From an uncultured SAR324 cluster bacterium (GTDB lineage Bacteria > SAR324 > NAC60-12): a stretch of DNA of 64,000 nt. The stretch is from NCBI GenBank assembly GCA_902564345.1, contig CACFAY010000002.1, positions 7,858-71,857 on the forward strand. Reading direction: 5' to 3'. Shown here one piece after another: positions 29,141 to 39,391 of the stretch (positions are counted from its first letter, which is position 1; the number at the start of each line of letters is the position of its first letter). The notes under the pieces were generated by a model. It was not told where the DNA came from and did not search any database. It worked only from the letters and a program-made list of their open reading frames with translations. The translations under genes and the position numbers were made by a program.

Positions 29141-30493
29141 ATGCAATTGATTGTCGCATTTACTTTCATGAGTTTTGTGATTTTTCCAACATTTACGTTT
29201 GCACAAAATCCAATTTTGTTTTTTTCAGGTGACTTACGGGGAGAAATAAAACCATGCGGTTGTGCAGAAGAAGGCGACATGGGAGGTCTCTTACGAAGAT
29301 TGACTTATATTAAACAGAACAATTCAGTTAATAGGATTATTTATTTTGATCTAGGTAATAATTTCCCTGTACCCTCACAGCAGGGCGATCTTAAAATACC
29401 GCTGATTCATTCCGCACTAGAAAAAATGAATCCGGAAGTTGTTCTGGTTGGTCCTAATGAATGGCAAAACGGATTGCATTGGCTTGATTCAAAAGTCCCA
29501 TATCTTCTTAGCAATCAAAGCAAAAAACTTAATTTTTTGAATTTAAAAATTATCAATCATGAAAACCACCAAATAATAGTACTTGGTTATTTATCACCAA
29601 CTCTCGTTTATCAGAATAAGAATGATTCTCCAATTATATTCCCGATTAATCAGGAATTATTAACAAGTTGGAGTGACAAAATTCAAAAAAATATAGCTCA
29701 GTTTCGAATACTATTATTTCGAGGGAATGAACACGAATTAAATTTATTTGAAAAGTCAAACATGTTTGATCTTATTGTTGCAGGAAGCAACAATAATGAT
29801 GAGCTAAATCAAGTTTTGAAAATGGAGGTGGACACTAGAGATATTCCCATGATACCAACCAAAGGACAGGGGATCTTATCAGTGGAGTTGGATGTAAATG
29901 AAAAGATTATTCTGGCTAACCAAGAAAACGATTCGGGGAGTTTATCTGTTTCTTGGCTAGGAAGAAATATAGAAGATGATCCTGAACTTTTAGAATCATT
30001 CATGAGTTATGATGACGCTGTTAAAAAATTATTTTTCAGAAATTTGGAACTAAAGAAAGAGCATTTGAAAGACTCTCCGTTTATTGGTAATCAAGTTTGC
30101 GCTGCTTGCCATCCTAAAAGCATGGACATTTGGAAAAAGAGTCGACATGCAAACGCTTTTGCCACACTAGAAAAACTAGGTAAGCATTTTGATCCTGAAT
30201 GCCTAGAATGTCATGTGGTCGGCCTAAAACCATGGACCACAACAGAAAGTTCTTCAGAGGCAATAAGGAAATTTGAGGGAAAAAGAGGATTCCTTAGTAT
30301 GGAATTAACACCACATTTAGCGAATGTGCAGTGTGAAAACTGTCACGGACCTGCTTTAGATCACTTAGCCAATAGTAAAATTAAACCAGCTATGCACAAT
30401 CCTGATTCAGTTTGTGTCGAGTGTCATCAAGGAAGTCACTCTCCATTATTTGACTATAAAAAATACTGGCAAAAGATAAAACATGGACCATAA
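29141..30493 (+). CDS. Secreted two-domain protein: degenerate metallophosphoesterase/5'-nucleotidase-like N-domain with PCGC motif + C-terminal tetrahaem c-type cytochrome module (c554/NrfB-like spacing)
   Basis: The ATG at 29141 lies 1 nt after the upstream stop, and the signal peptide ends TFTFA/QN. Four CXXCH motifs: CAACH 30098-30112, CLECH 30200-30214, CENCH 30332-30346 and CVECH 30413-30427. The N-domain blocks FFSGDLRGE, GGLLRRLTYI, FDLGNN and VGPNEW parallel the DxHG, GG.AR.AT.I, GD and GNHE blocks of 5'-nucleotidases. Confidence 0.8.
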   Translation: MQLIVAFTFMSFVIFPTFTFAQNPILFFSGDLRGEIKPCGCAEEGDMGGLLRRLTYIKQNNSVNRIIYFDLGNNFPVPSQQGDLKIPLIHSALEKMNPEVVLVGPNEWQNGLHWLDSKVPYLLSNQSKKLNFLNLKIINHENHQIIVLGYLSPTLVYQNKNDSPIIFPINQELLTSWSDKIQKNIAQFRILLFRGNEHELNLFEKSNMFDLIVAGSNNNDELNQVLKMEVDTRDIPMIPTKGQGILSVELDVNEKIILANQENDSGSLSVSWLGRNIEDDPELLESFMSYDDAVKKLFFRNLELKKEHLKDSPFIGNQVCAACHPKSMDIWKKSRHANAFATLEKLGKHFDPECLECHVVGLKPWTTTESSSEAIRKFEGKRGFLSMELTPHLANVQCENCHGPALDHLANSKIKPAMHNPDSVCVECHQGSHSPLFDYKKYWQKIKHGP

Positions 30494-30503
30494 ATTTCAA
30501 GTT

Positions 30504-31376
30504 TTATAACATCCAACGATCACGCGCAGTTTTTGAAAGAGCTAGAAGTTCGACTAATTTTTTTTTATCATTATTTTTAATTTTTTCCTCAAGCGAAGAT
30601 AAGACTTTTTTAAAGGCAACAACTCTAGGAAGGAGTTTTTCTTGGTTTTCAAGAAAGATATCTGCCCACATTTCGGGACTTGAAGAAGCAATGCGTGAAA
30701 AATCCTTAAGTCCAGCACCAGAATGTCCCAAAGCTTCATGAGAGTCTGTATTTGAAATTGCCTGTATACAAGCGTAAGCAAGAATATGAGGTAAATGACT
30801 TACTGAAGCAAACATCTGATCATGAGATTCTGGATCCATTTCAGATACTTTAGCACCCATTGATTCCCAAAATCGTCTAACTATTAGAATCGATTCCTTA
30901 TCAGTTTTTTCTTTAGGAGTAATTATGCAGCGCTTACCAAAAAACAAATTATTTTGTGCTGCAGATGGTCCAAAATTTTCTGATCCTGCTATGGGATGTC
31001 CTCCCAAAAAACGAATTTTCTCATAATCATGAGAACACATCATTTTCAAAAGAGGAGATTTTACGCTGCCAGTGTCAGTTAAAATTGCTGTCGAAGAAAT
31101 ATTTGGAAGAATTAAAGGAAGGATATCTTTAAATGATTTCACAGGAACAGCCAACAAAACTAACTCTGCTTGAGCAAGTTTTTTGTCAGGCATGTTTGAA
31201 AGGTAATCAGCTAATTTTTCTGATTTGATCTCCTTGTGATATTCCTCGTTGTTATCATATCCAAGAATTTTTCGCGCCAGTCCTAAACGCCTAACATCTT
31301 TTGCAACCGAACCTCCAATAAGGCCAAGACCTACAATTGCTATTGCTTCAAACGGTTGGAATCCTGAAGCATTCAT
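30504..31376 (-). CDS. tyrA: Prephenate dehydrogenase
   Basis: 290 aa. Rossmann motif IAIVGLGLIGGS. Also GSVK and GGHPIAGSE motifs. Confidence 0.85.
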   Translation of the reverse strand: MNASGFQPFEAIAIVGLGLIGGSVAKDVRRLGLARKILGYDNNEEYHKEIKSEKLADYLSNMPDKKLAQAELVLLAVPVKSFKDILPLILPNISSTAILTDTGSVKSPLLKMMCSHDYEKIRFLGGHPIAGSENFGPSAAQNNLFFGKRCIITPKEKTDKESILIVRRFWESMGAKVSEMDPESHDQMFASVSHLPHILAYACIQAISNTDSHEALGHSGAGLKDFSRIASSSPEMWADIFLENQEKLLPRVVAFKKVLSSLEEKIKNNDKKKLVELLALSKTARDRWML

Positions 31377-31384
31377 CTATAAAC

Positions 31385-32317
31385 TCAACTTGCCGCAGTT
31401 GATGTTCCGCTGGCGGGAACTAATTTAGTTAAAAACAACGACACAGGACTTGCAACATAAATAGATGAATAAGTACCGACAAGCACTCCTAAAAGCAATG
31501 CAAAAGAGAAATCATGAATTATTTCACCACCCAATATAAATAGAGCCAAAACAACCAGCAATGTGGTTCCAGAAGTAATTAACGTCCTGCTCAATGTTTC
31601 CGTAATACTTAAATTTATTGTTTCTTCAGGTGATTTCTTACGATATTTCCCCACATTTTCTCTAATACGGTCAAAAACAACAATGGTATCATTCAGAGAA
31701 TATCCCACCACAGTAAGTAATGCTGCAACTACCGTTAGAGTAAATTCTTTATCCAAGATGGAAAAAATTCCTACTATAATTAATACGTCATGAACTAAGG
31801 CAATTATTGCACTAACTCCCTGTCTCCACTGAAAGCGGATGGTGATGTAAAGCAAAACAAGCCCCAAGGCTATAAGTATAGCCTGTACAGCACTGATTTT
31901 AAGTTCATCACCAACTTTCGGCCCAATTGATTCGATTCGTCGTATTTCTAATTTCGGATGCTGATTCAGAAGTATATTCCCTAATTCTCTAGTTAAATTC
32001 TCGCCTGTTCCCAATGGGCTATCAATAGGAAGACCTAGAAGTATTTCCTTATCAATAATGTCACCAAATGTTTGAAGCACAACATTTTGCATGCCTCGCT
32101 CAGCAAACAACTTCCGAAGCTGGTCTAAGTTGGGTTGACTTTCAAATTTAATCTGTACATTAGTTCCTCCTCTAAAATCAATACCATATTTTAGACCCTT
32201 TTGTACTGTTACCGAACCTATTCCTGCTAGTAAAAGAATAGCTGAAATAATTGAAGCAATACGGCGATAAGCGAGAAAATTTATAAATTGTCCTTCTTTA
32301 AAATTAAGAAACTGCAT
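31385..32317 (-). CDS. secF: Protein translocase subunit SecF
   Basis: 310 aa with 6 TM. GIDFRGGT, VHDVLI and SLNDTIVVFDRIREN motifs. Confidence 0.9.
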   Translation of the reverse strand: MQFLNFKEGQFINFLAYRRIASIISAILLLAGIGSVTVQKGLKYGIDFRGGTNVQIKFESQPNLDQLRKLFAERGMQNVVLQTFGDIIDKEILLGLPIDSPLGTGENLTRELGNILLNQHPKLEIRRIESIGPKVGDELKISAVQAILIALGLVLLYITIRFQWRQGVSAIIALVHDVLIIVGIFSILDKEFTLTVVAALLTVVGYSLNDTIVVFDRIRENVGKYRKKSPEETINLSITETLSRTLITSGTTLLVVLALFILGGEIIHDFSFALLLGVLVGTYSSIYVASPVSLFLTKLVPASGTSTAAS

Positions 32318-32354
32318 TGTCTAAAATCAAATTGAAGAAAAATATTTTTATTAA

Positions 32355-33923
32355 TTAAATGCTTACAGAACGTAATTTTGTTCTTCTCAAATAAACAAAA
32401 TCGAAAAAGAATCGTGTAACCATTATTGCTGTAAACATGCTTGCAATTATACCTATTGAGAGGGTTACAGCAAAACCTTTGATAGGACCTGTACCAAATT
32501 GTAGCAGAGCAAGAGCGGCAAAAAGTGTGGTAACATTTGCATCCAAAATTGTTCGGAAAGCTTTTGCAAATCCTTCCTGTATTGCAGCTCTTGGGTTTTC
32601 TGTTCTTTTAATTTCTTCCCTTATACGCTGAAAAATTAATACATTTGCATCAACTGCCATACCTATAGTCAAAACAATCCCTGCCATACCCGGTAAGGTT
32701 AATGTTGCTCCAAAGGCTCCAAGAACGGATATAATTAAAATTACATTGAAAATCAGTGCTACTGCAGCAAAAACTCCTGCCAAGCGATAATAAACGAGCA
32801 TGAAAACTAAAACTAGCACGCTGCCAATCATCAATGAATTAAGACCCTGATTTACAGAATCTTCTCCAAGACTGGCTCCAACCGTACGCTCCTCCCTGAT
32901 TTCTATTGGAGCCGGTAATGATCCAGAACGTAGTACAATTTTAAGAGTATCTGCTTCCTCAACAGTGAACTGTCCAGATATTGATGCTTCTCCCCCAGTG
33001 ATTGCTTCACGAATTACCGGAGCAGACTGAACTTTATCGTCTAGTACAATTGCCATGTTTCTACCCACATTGCGACGAGTGATTTTTGCAAACTTATCTG
33101 CACCGATTGAATCGAATGAAAGCGAAACATAGGGCCTGTTATCCTGAGAATCGATCCTGACTCGAGCATCTCTGATAAATTCTCCAGTCATCAGTATCTT
33201 TTTCTCAAGCACATAAGGCCGTTTTGAGATAAGTTTATTTGTTACTTTATCCCATATTTCTTCATATTTTACTACTTCAGTCAGTCTGTTATAACTGTCT
33301 GGAGTGGCATTATTGTTGACAAGTTGAAACTGCAAAACTGCCTGTGGTCCTATCAATTCTATTGCACGATCTCTGTCTTTTAGTCCTGGTAGCTGAATAA
33401 CAATATTGTTGATACCCTGCTGTTGTAAAGAAGGTTCACTTATACCAAGACTATCAATACGGTTACGCAATACTTCCAGAGCCTGACTAACAGCATTTTT
33501 CTTAATGAGTTCCGCCTCTTCTGACTTTAGCTTAAGGTAAGTAAGATCACCTTGATCATTCTGATCAAACTGTACAAGGAAACGATCGTATGGAGCCTGA
33601 TCCAGTTGAACTTTTCTTCCTGGTTCCATCTCAACAATCAGAGAATCTGAAGTTTGGCGGACTTCAACAAAATCAACCTGCTCATCAATCATTAGGTCCT
33701 CTAGTTCCTCCGCAGTCCTACGAAGAATTTCTTTAACTGCATCGTCAGCTTTTATTTCTATGTCTAGGTACATTCCCCCCTGTAAATCAAGTCCAAGATT
33801 GACTTTATTTTCAATAGTCTGCGGATCGACTCCCGGCTGATATGCCCTGTATGTCGGGAATGCATAATAAAGAGCTCCAAGCAGCACTATCAGAATGATG
33901 GCACCTTTTAGCTTAATATCCAT
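32355..33923 (-). CDS. secD: Protein translocase subunit SecD
   Basis: 522 aa. N-terminal TM, large periplasmic domain (LGLDLQGG), and C-terminal 5-TM block with GMAVDANVLIFQRIREE. Confidence 0.9.
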   Translation of the reverse strand: MDIKLKGAIILIVLLGALYYAFPTYRAYQPGVDPQTIENKVNLGLDLQGGMYLDIEIKADDAVKEILRRTAEELEDLMIDEQVDFVEVRQTSDSLIVEMEPGRKVQLDQAPYDRFLVQFDQNDQGDLTYLKLKSEEAELIKKNAVSQALEVLRNRIDSLGISEPSLQQQGINNIVIQLPGLKDRDRAIELIGPQAVLQFQLVNNNATPDSYNRLTEVVKYEEIWDKVTNKLISKRPYVLEKKILMTGEFIRDARVRIDSQDNRPYVSLSFDSIGADKFAKITRRNVGRNMAIVLDDKVQSAPVIREAITGGEASISGQFTVEEADTLKIVLRSGSLPAPIEIREERTVGASLGEDSVNQGLNSLMIGSVLVLVFMLVYYRLAGVFAAVALIFNVILIISVLGAFGATLTLPGMAGIVLTIGMAVDANVLIFQRIREEIKRTENPRAAIQEGFAKAFRTILDANVTTLFAALALLQFGTGPIKGFAVTLSIGIIASMFTAIMVTRFFFDFVYLRRTKLRSVSI

Positions 33924-34066
33924 GATTTTTTATTTTAAAATATAGTCAATACCAAATTGGACAGGAAATAAAATATATAAAATAGAGGAATCTTAGTAAA
34001 AAAATTCAGCCAATAAAGCAATACTTTTTCATATAATTTTGATTTTTATTAGCTATTATTTTATTC

Positions 34067-34507
34067 TCATTTTTTGGATTTCTTTTCCTTTTTCTCTTCT
34101 ATCTCTTCTTTTTCCTCATCAGCATCATCTTTGTTTACTCCAGTTTTTTTATCCATTCGAGAAACTTGGTGACGCTCTAACTGAATTTGGATTTTGCTGG
34201 CAATCTCCAAAGTTAACCTATCATCTCCAACCTTGACAATAGTTCCAAATATTCCACCGTTTGTGACAACCTTGTCGCCCTTTCGCAGACTGTCCACCAT
34301 TCTCTGATGTTCCTTCTGCTTTTTTTGTTGAGGACGAATTATCAAAAACCAGAATACTCCTAAGATTAAAATTAGAGGTATAAATTGAAAAAAAGCACTT
34401 CCTGATGCTGATTCAGCAGATTGGGCATATGCGACTGAAAAAAAAGGAAACATTAAATTAGCTCCAGTTAAGGTTAATAAGATAGTTAAGCCGTAAAAGC
34501 TTATCAT
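34067..34507 (-). CDS. yajC: Preprotein translocase subunit YajC (with extended K/E-rich C-terminal tail)
   Basis: FIPLILILGVFWFLIIRPQQKKQKEHQRMVDSLRKGDKVVTNGGIFGTIVKV is the YajC core. It lies immediately upstream of secD on the same strand. Confidence 0.8.
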   Translation of the reverse strand: MISFYGLTILLTLTGANLMFPFFSVAYAQSAESASGSAFFQFIPLILILGVFWFLIIRPQQKKQKEHQRMVDSLRKGDKVVTNGGIFGTIVKVGDDRLTLEIASKIQIQLERHQVSRMDKKTGVNKDDADEEKEEIEEKKEKKSKK

Positions 34508-34669
34508 TACATTTGAAAAAGTTCACGTCAAAATAATTCCTAAATCATTTTTTTTATTAATCAGCAAATCATTTTTTTAGCCCTACTGATATTTTACAAA
34601 TATTCCGAGCTACTCTGAATTCTTATGAATTTGTATATTAAAATTATTACTTAATTTTTTTGAAACTTT

Positions 34670-35365
34670 TCAGACCTTACGGGGACGCAGGTGTGCATAC
34701 CAGCGGAATTCAAGTTTTTTGAAAAGAGAGACGATTATGAAAGTTAAACAAAAGTAGAAAAAACCTGCAGTGATAAAAGATTCGAATGGTACAAAATGGC
34801 GTGAATTTACTACTTTTGCTGCACCAAACAGATCAACAATTGTAACCACGCCAGCAAGTGCACTGCCATGGAGCATGAAGATAGTTTCGTTTCCATACGC
34901 CGGAAGTGCCCTGCGAAAAGTTCCAGGTAGAATAATTCGCCTATACATAGTTGATTTCGACATCCCACATGCACGTGCTGCCTCAAAGTCACCAAATGGG
35001 GTCTGCTCTATGGTTCCACGCAGGATTTCTGCTGTATATCCTGCAGTATTGAGTGCAAAGGCAATTAATGCACACCAGTAAGCTTCCTTGAACACAATCC
35101 AAATAACACTCTCACGAACAAACTCAAACTGTCCCATTCCGTGATAAATCAAGAACATCTGCACCAGTAGCGGAGTCCCCCGGAAAAAATAGATATAAGT
35201 TTTAGGAAAAATTTGAATCCATGGTGACCTGCAAATAGCCAGAAGCGCTATTGGGAGAGCTAGTACAAAACCACATACGAGAGACAGGAACACCAGTTGA
35301 ATTGTAACCCAAAGACCCTCAATGTAAAGGTGAATATTAGTAAAGATAACTTCGTAGTCCATCAA
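34670..35365 (-). CDS. Polar amino acid ABC transporter permease (HisM/OccM-like)
   Basis: 231 aa with 5 TM. EAA-type loop EAARACGMSKSTMYRRIILP. Overlaps the upstream permease by 4 nt. Confidence 0.85.
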   Translation of the reverse strand: MMDYEVIFTNIHLYIEGLWVTIQLVFLSLVCGFVLALPIALLAICRSPWIQIFPKTYIYFFRGTPLLVQMFLIYHGMGQFEFVRESVIWIVFKEAYWCALIAFALNTAGYTAEILRGTIEQTPFGDFEAARACGMSKSTMYRRIILPGTFRRALPAYGNETIFMLHGSALAGVVTIVDLFGAAKVVNSRHFVPFESFITAGFFYFCLTFIIVSLFKKLEFRWYAHLRPRKV

Positions 35366-36048
35366 GCCCTCCTCACACCTACACTAAAGCGGCGGTTAGC
35401 CCAACGAAGCCCAAAATCAGAAACACCTGTTATTACCAAAAACAACATGGCTACTACAAGGTAAAATGTAAATGGCTGGCGAGTAGCTCCACCAGCTACA
35501 CCTGCATTGTAAACCATGTCATGTAGCCCAATCACTGAAACAAGTGCAGTTGATTTTGAAAGTACCATCCAGTTGTTACCAAAACCTGGTAATGAATGTC
35601 TTACCATAAGAGGCATAGTTATTCGCACAAATACTTTCCAACGATTCATTCCGAAGGCATGTGCCGCTTCTATTTCCCCTTTTGAAACAGCAAGTATTCC
35701 TCCACGAAAAGTCTCGGTCATATATGCACCAAAGATAAAACCTATAGTCAGAGTTCCTGCTATAAAAGGACTTATATCTATATAGTCCCATCCAAAGTAA
35801 TCTCCAATGTTGTTGAGCTGGATTTGGCCACCATAATAAATTATTGTCATAAGCACCAAATCAGGAATCCCTCTGATCAAAGTGGTGTAAATATTTGCAC
35901 TGCTGCGAGCAATTTGTGATTTAGATAGCTTGGATAAAGCACCAATCAGACCAAGAATTATTGCTATTAAAAGGGAAAGCAAGGCCACTTCTATAGTTAG
36001 TATCATTCCCTGCAAAATCATCGGGAAATAGCCATGAAGATCAAACAT
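35362..36048 (-). CDS. Polar amino acid ABC transporter permease (HisQ/OccQ-like)
   Basis: 228 aa. EAAHAFGMNRWKVFVRITMP loop. Confidence 0.85.
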   Translation of the reverse strand: MFDLHGYFPMILQGMILTIEVALLSLLIAIILGLIGALSKLSKSQIARSSANIYTTLIRGIPDLVLMTIIYYGGQIQLNNIGDYFGWDYIDISPFIAGTLTIGFIFGAYMTETFRGGILAVSKGEIEAAHAFGMNRWKVFVRITMPLMVRHSLPGFGNNWMVLSKSTALVSVIGLHDMVYNAGVAGGATRQPFTFYLVVAMLFLVITGVSDFGLRWANRRFSVGVRRA

Positions 36049-36178
36049 GCCTTATATTCGTGAGAGTAAAAAGAGTAAGCCACGAAATCCTGAAATTCCG
36101 TGGCTTACTAATAGAATAATTAGGAGTTTTTTTGAGGCTTATTTAATATATTATTTTAAACCTCAACCAAGACAAATC

Positions 36179-36949
36179 TTAGTAAACATCAAATGCGAAA
36201 TATTTTCCATTGATACGGTGATAAACACCATTAGCACGAATAACTTTAATAGCTAGACTGAAAAGTTTTGCTAATTCACGATCATTCTTTCGCACCGCGA
36301 TACCAGCACCAACACCAAAATATTTTGGGTCGGAATAGCCTGGTCCTACAAACTCCCAACCTTTTCCTTTATCTGTTTTCAGGAAACCCTCATCCATTGC
36401 AATTGAATCTGCAAGCAACAAGTCAATTCGTCCAGCAATCGCATCAAGATAAGCTTCATCCTGGGTCCCATATCTCTTAATATTAACGCTATCACCAAAC
36501 TCAGCGGTAATGAAATTGTCGTGAATAGTTGCACGCTGAACCCCAACAGTTTTACCTTTCATACCTGCCTTTGAAATTATAATTCCAGATCCTTTTTTTC
36601 GAGCGAACTTAGCTGGAGTGTTATAGTACTTTTCAGAAAAAGCGACTTTCTTTTTACGTTCTTCCGTGATTGACATAGAAGCTATGATAGCATCATATTT
36701 GCGGGCCAGCAGCGCTGGGATAATGCCATCCCAGTCCTGCGGTACCAGTACACATTCAGCACCAATTTCCTCACAAAGCGCCCTTGCGATATCAATGTCA
36801 AATCCTTTAAGTGTCCCGTCTTTTTCAATCGAGCTAAAAGGAGGGTATGCTCCCTCAACACCGATACGAATTTTGTCCCATTCATTTGCTGAAACATTCG
36901 AAGTAAGTGTAAAAAGAACCAGCAGAGTCAGAGTAATTAATTTTTTCAT
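36179..36949 (-). CDS. Periplasmic substrate-binding protein, family 3 (Lys/Arg/Orn/His/octopine-binding type)
   Basis: 256 aa with a signal peptide. IRIGVEGAYPPFS, GFDIDIA and DAIIASMSIT motifs. Confidence 0.85.
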   Translation of the reverse strand: MKKLITLTLLVLFTLTSNVSANEWDKIRIGVEGAYPPFSSIEKDGTLKGFDIDIARALCEEIGAECVLVPQDWDGIIPALLARKYDAIIASMSITEERKKKVAFSEKYYNTPAKFARKKGSGIIISKAGMKGKTVGVQRATIHDNFITAEFGDSVNIKRYGTQDEAYLDAIAGRIDLLLADSIAMDEGFLKTDKGKGWEFVGPGYSDPKYFGVGAGIAVRKNDRELAKLFSLAIKVIRANGVYHRINGKYFAFDVY

Positions 36950-37025
36950 AGTATTTCTCCATTTTAATTTTTTAATTAATGAGATATGAAAATAATATCT
37001 CAGTTTGAAGCCCTTATGACTTGCT

Positions 37026-37805
37026 TTAAATTTCGACTTTCTTGGAAATAAACTGTCGAAATCGATCTGAGGAGGGGTTTTTGAAAATTTCAGAAGGCGT
37101 ACCCTCCTCCTCTATGCTGCCTTCATGCAGAAAAACAACTCTTGAAGAGACATCTTGTGCAAATCCAATCTCATGCGTAACAACAATCATTGTTCGCCCT
37201 TCTTCAGCGAGATTTTGCATCACCTGTAAAACTTCTCCCACTAGTTCTGGATCAAGTGCTGAGGTAGGCTCGTCAAAAAGCAACATATCCGGTTCCATTG
37301 CTAGTGCCCTTGCAATTGCTACTCGCTGCTGTTGACCTCCAGAAAGATGAGCTGGGTGGTAATGCTTTCTGTCATGAATCCCAACCTTATGCAAAAGGGA
37401 TTCTGCACGCTCAATAGCCTCATTTTTTGGTATTTTAAGAACATGTATGGGAGCCTCAATTATATTTTCCAATACCGTCATGTGGGACCATAGATTGAAC
37501 TGCTGAAAAACCATTCCAAGCCGAGTCCTGATGCGCTCCACCTGTTTAATGTCTTCCGGCACAATAGTTCCGTTGTGGTCCTGCTTCATTCGAATCAACT
37601 CACCACGTACATATATTTTGCCACTAGTGAGAGTTTCCAGCATATTGATGCAGCGCAGAAAGGTACTTTTGCCTGAGCCACTAGCTCCCATCATTACAAT
37701 AACATCACCTTCATGTGCTTGCAGTGAAATACCTTTCAGAACTTCATCACTGCCAAAGTACTTATGCAGATCATCCACAATTAGTGTTGCGTTAATATTA
37801 TCCAA
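37026..37805 (-). CDS. Polar amino acid ABC transporter ATP-binding protein (HisP-like)
   Basis: Walker [10 protein letters not shown], signature [15 protein letters not shown] and Walker [15 protein letters not shown] start as in the track. Confidence 0.9.
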   Translation of the reverse strand: MDNINATLIVDDLHKYFGSDEVLKGISLQAHEGDVIVMMGASGSGKSTFLRCINMLETLTSGKIYVRGELIRMKQDHNGTIVPEDIKQVERIRTRLGMVFQQFNLWSHMTVLENIIEAPIHVLKIPKNEAIERAESLLHKVGIHDRKHYHPAHLSGGQQQRVAIARALAMEPDMLLFDEPTSALDPELVGEVLQVMQNLAEEGRTMIVVTHEIGFAQDVSSRVVFLHEGSIEEEGTPSEIFKNPSSDRFRQFISKKVEI

Positions 37806-38115
37806 TTTATTCCCAGATGGTGCAATTCTTTAGTTCCTAAGTGCTAAACCGAATTTTTGGCTTTACCCTTTTTCCGGTAGGAATGGAAAGGGGCTCTACA
37901 ATTTGCGTACAGTTATTCTCTAAAAAATAAAAAAAGTAAAGTAAATTATTAACTTATGCGAAAATAGACAGTACTATTCAAATATCAAAAATAATTTATC
38001 AGTATTAAACTTATTTGAATAATATCTATTTTTTATAAAATGAATCAGAACCAGTATACGATTAACTGGTTTCAAGATTAGGAAATTTTTTTCTGGTTGA
38101 GGATAGGTTTAAGAT

Positions 38116-39342
38116 TTAGGCCCCTGCACTAGCAATTACAGAGTTGAGCAGAACATCTGCGCCTGCAGAAACGTGTTCGGGGGTTGTATTTTCTGCTTCA
38201 TCATGACTTAGTCCCCCTTCACAGGGTATAAATATCATCCCAGTTGGCGCAACGTGATTCACTTGGCAAGCATCATGTCCTGCTCCGGATACAATATCTC
38301 GATGACTGTATCCGAGAGAATCAGCAGAATGGCGTACAGTTGCAACACAGTCCTGATTAAACTCAACTGTGGGATTAATTGATATATTTTTAAATTCACT
38401 CTCAAGCCCTTCTGATGAACAAACAGATTTTACTACATATTTTAAATCCTGATTGATTTGCATAAGGATTTCTTCATTTGGATGTCTAGTATCAACAGTA
38501 AAGAAAACACTGCCAGGAATAGTATTAATGGAAGCAGGATAAGTCTCTAACCGTCCAACCGTCCCTACCGCTTCAGAATGGTTTCGAATAATTTCACGCA
38601 TTTCAGTTATTATTCTTGATGCTCCCATCATCGGGTCCCTGCGATATTTCATTGGAGTCGTACCAGCATGGGCCCCTTGACCGAAAAGAGTAATGTGAGT
38701 CCAGACTGAACCCTGACCCCCTGTTACAACACCAATACATGTGTTTTCATTTTCCAGTACTGGTCCCTGTTCAATGTGCAATTCATAATAAGCCTTGATA
38801 GGAAATAATTTGCAGGGGACATCTCCAAGCTGACCAGTTCGTAGCAATTCGTCCTCAACAGTTATACCTCCAGTATCTTGATTTTTATAAATTTCATCCT
38901 GTTCTAAAATTCCAGTAAACACTCCAGAACCCATCATAGATGGTGGGAAACGCGCACCTTCTTCGTTTGTCCATACAACAATTTCAAAAGGAGATACTGT
39001 TTCGATTCCATGATCATTTAACGACCTAACTACTTCCAACCCACCAAGTACACCAAGTATACCATCAAATCTTCCTCCTGCAGGCTGAGTATCAAGATGA
39101 CTTCCAGACAAAACAGGATCCTTATCCTGATTTTTACCATCCCTCCGTGCGAATATATTACCCATTGTATCCCTCCGGATAGTACACCCAGCCTCAGATG
39201 CCCATTTTTGAAAGAGTGTTCGCCCCTCAATATCTTCATCAGTAAGTGCCAGTCTGCAGTTTCCACCATGTTTTCCCGGGCCAATCTTTGCCATTTCCAT
39301 AAGTGAGTGCCAAAGTCGGTCTCCATCTGCTCTAATTTCCAT
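38116..39342 (-). CDS. M20-family Zn amidase of the allantoate amidohydrolase / N-carbamoyl-L-amino-acid hydrolase / beta-ureidopropionase group
   Basis: 408 aa. GSHLDTQPAGGRFDGILGV, WTNEEGARF and HAGTTPM motifs typical of the hydantoinase/carbamoylase-family amidases. Confidence 0.8.
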   Translation of the reverse strand: MEIRADGDRLWHSLMEMAKIGPGKHGGNCRLALTDEDIEGRTLFQKWASEAGCTIRRDTMGNIFARRDGKNQDKDPVLSGSHLDTQPAGGRFDGILGVLGGLEVVRSLNDHGIETVSPFEIVVWTNEEGARFPPSMMGSGVFTGILEQDEIYKNQDTGGITVEDELLRTGQLGDVPCKLFPIKAYYELHIEQGPVLENENTCIGVVTGGQGSVWTHITLFGQGAHAGTTPMKYRRDPMMGASRIITEMREIIRNHSEAVGTVGRLETYPASINTIPGSVFFTVDTRHPNEEILMQINQDLKYVVKSVCSSEGLESEFKNISINPTVEFNQDCVATVRHSADSLGYSHRDIVSGAGHDACQVNHVAPTGMIFIPCEGGLSHDEAENTTPEHVSAGADVLLNSVIASAGA

Positions 39343-39391
39343 ATAAATCTTAGACTTTAATCTATTTTTTTAATTATATTTATACTTTATC

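Noticed and set aside
34067-34180. K/E-rich 35-aa tail of YajC as a separate functional module.
   Set aside because: It is a low-complexity charged tail. Such tails vary freely among YajC homologues and there is nothing specific to test.
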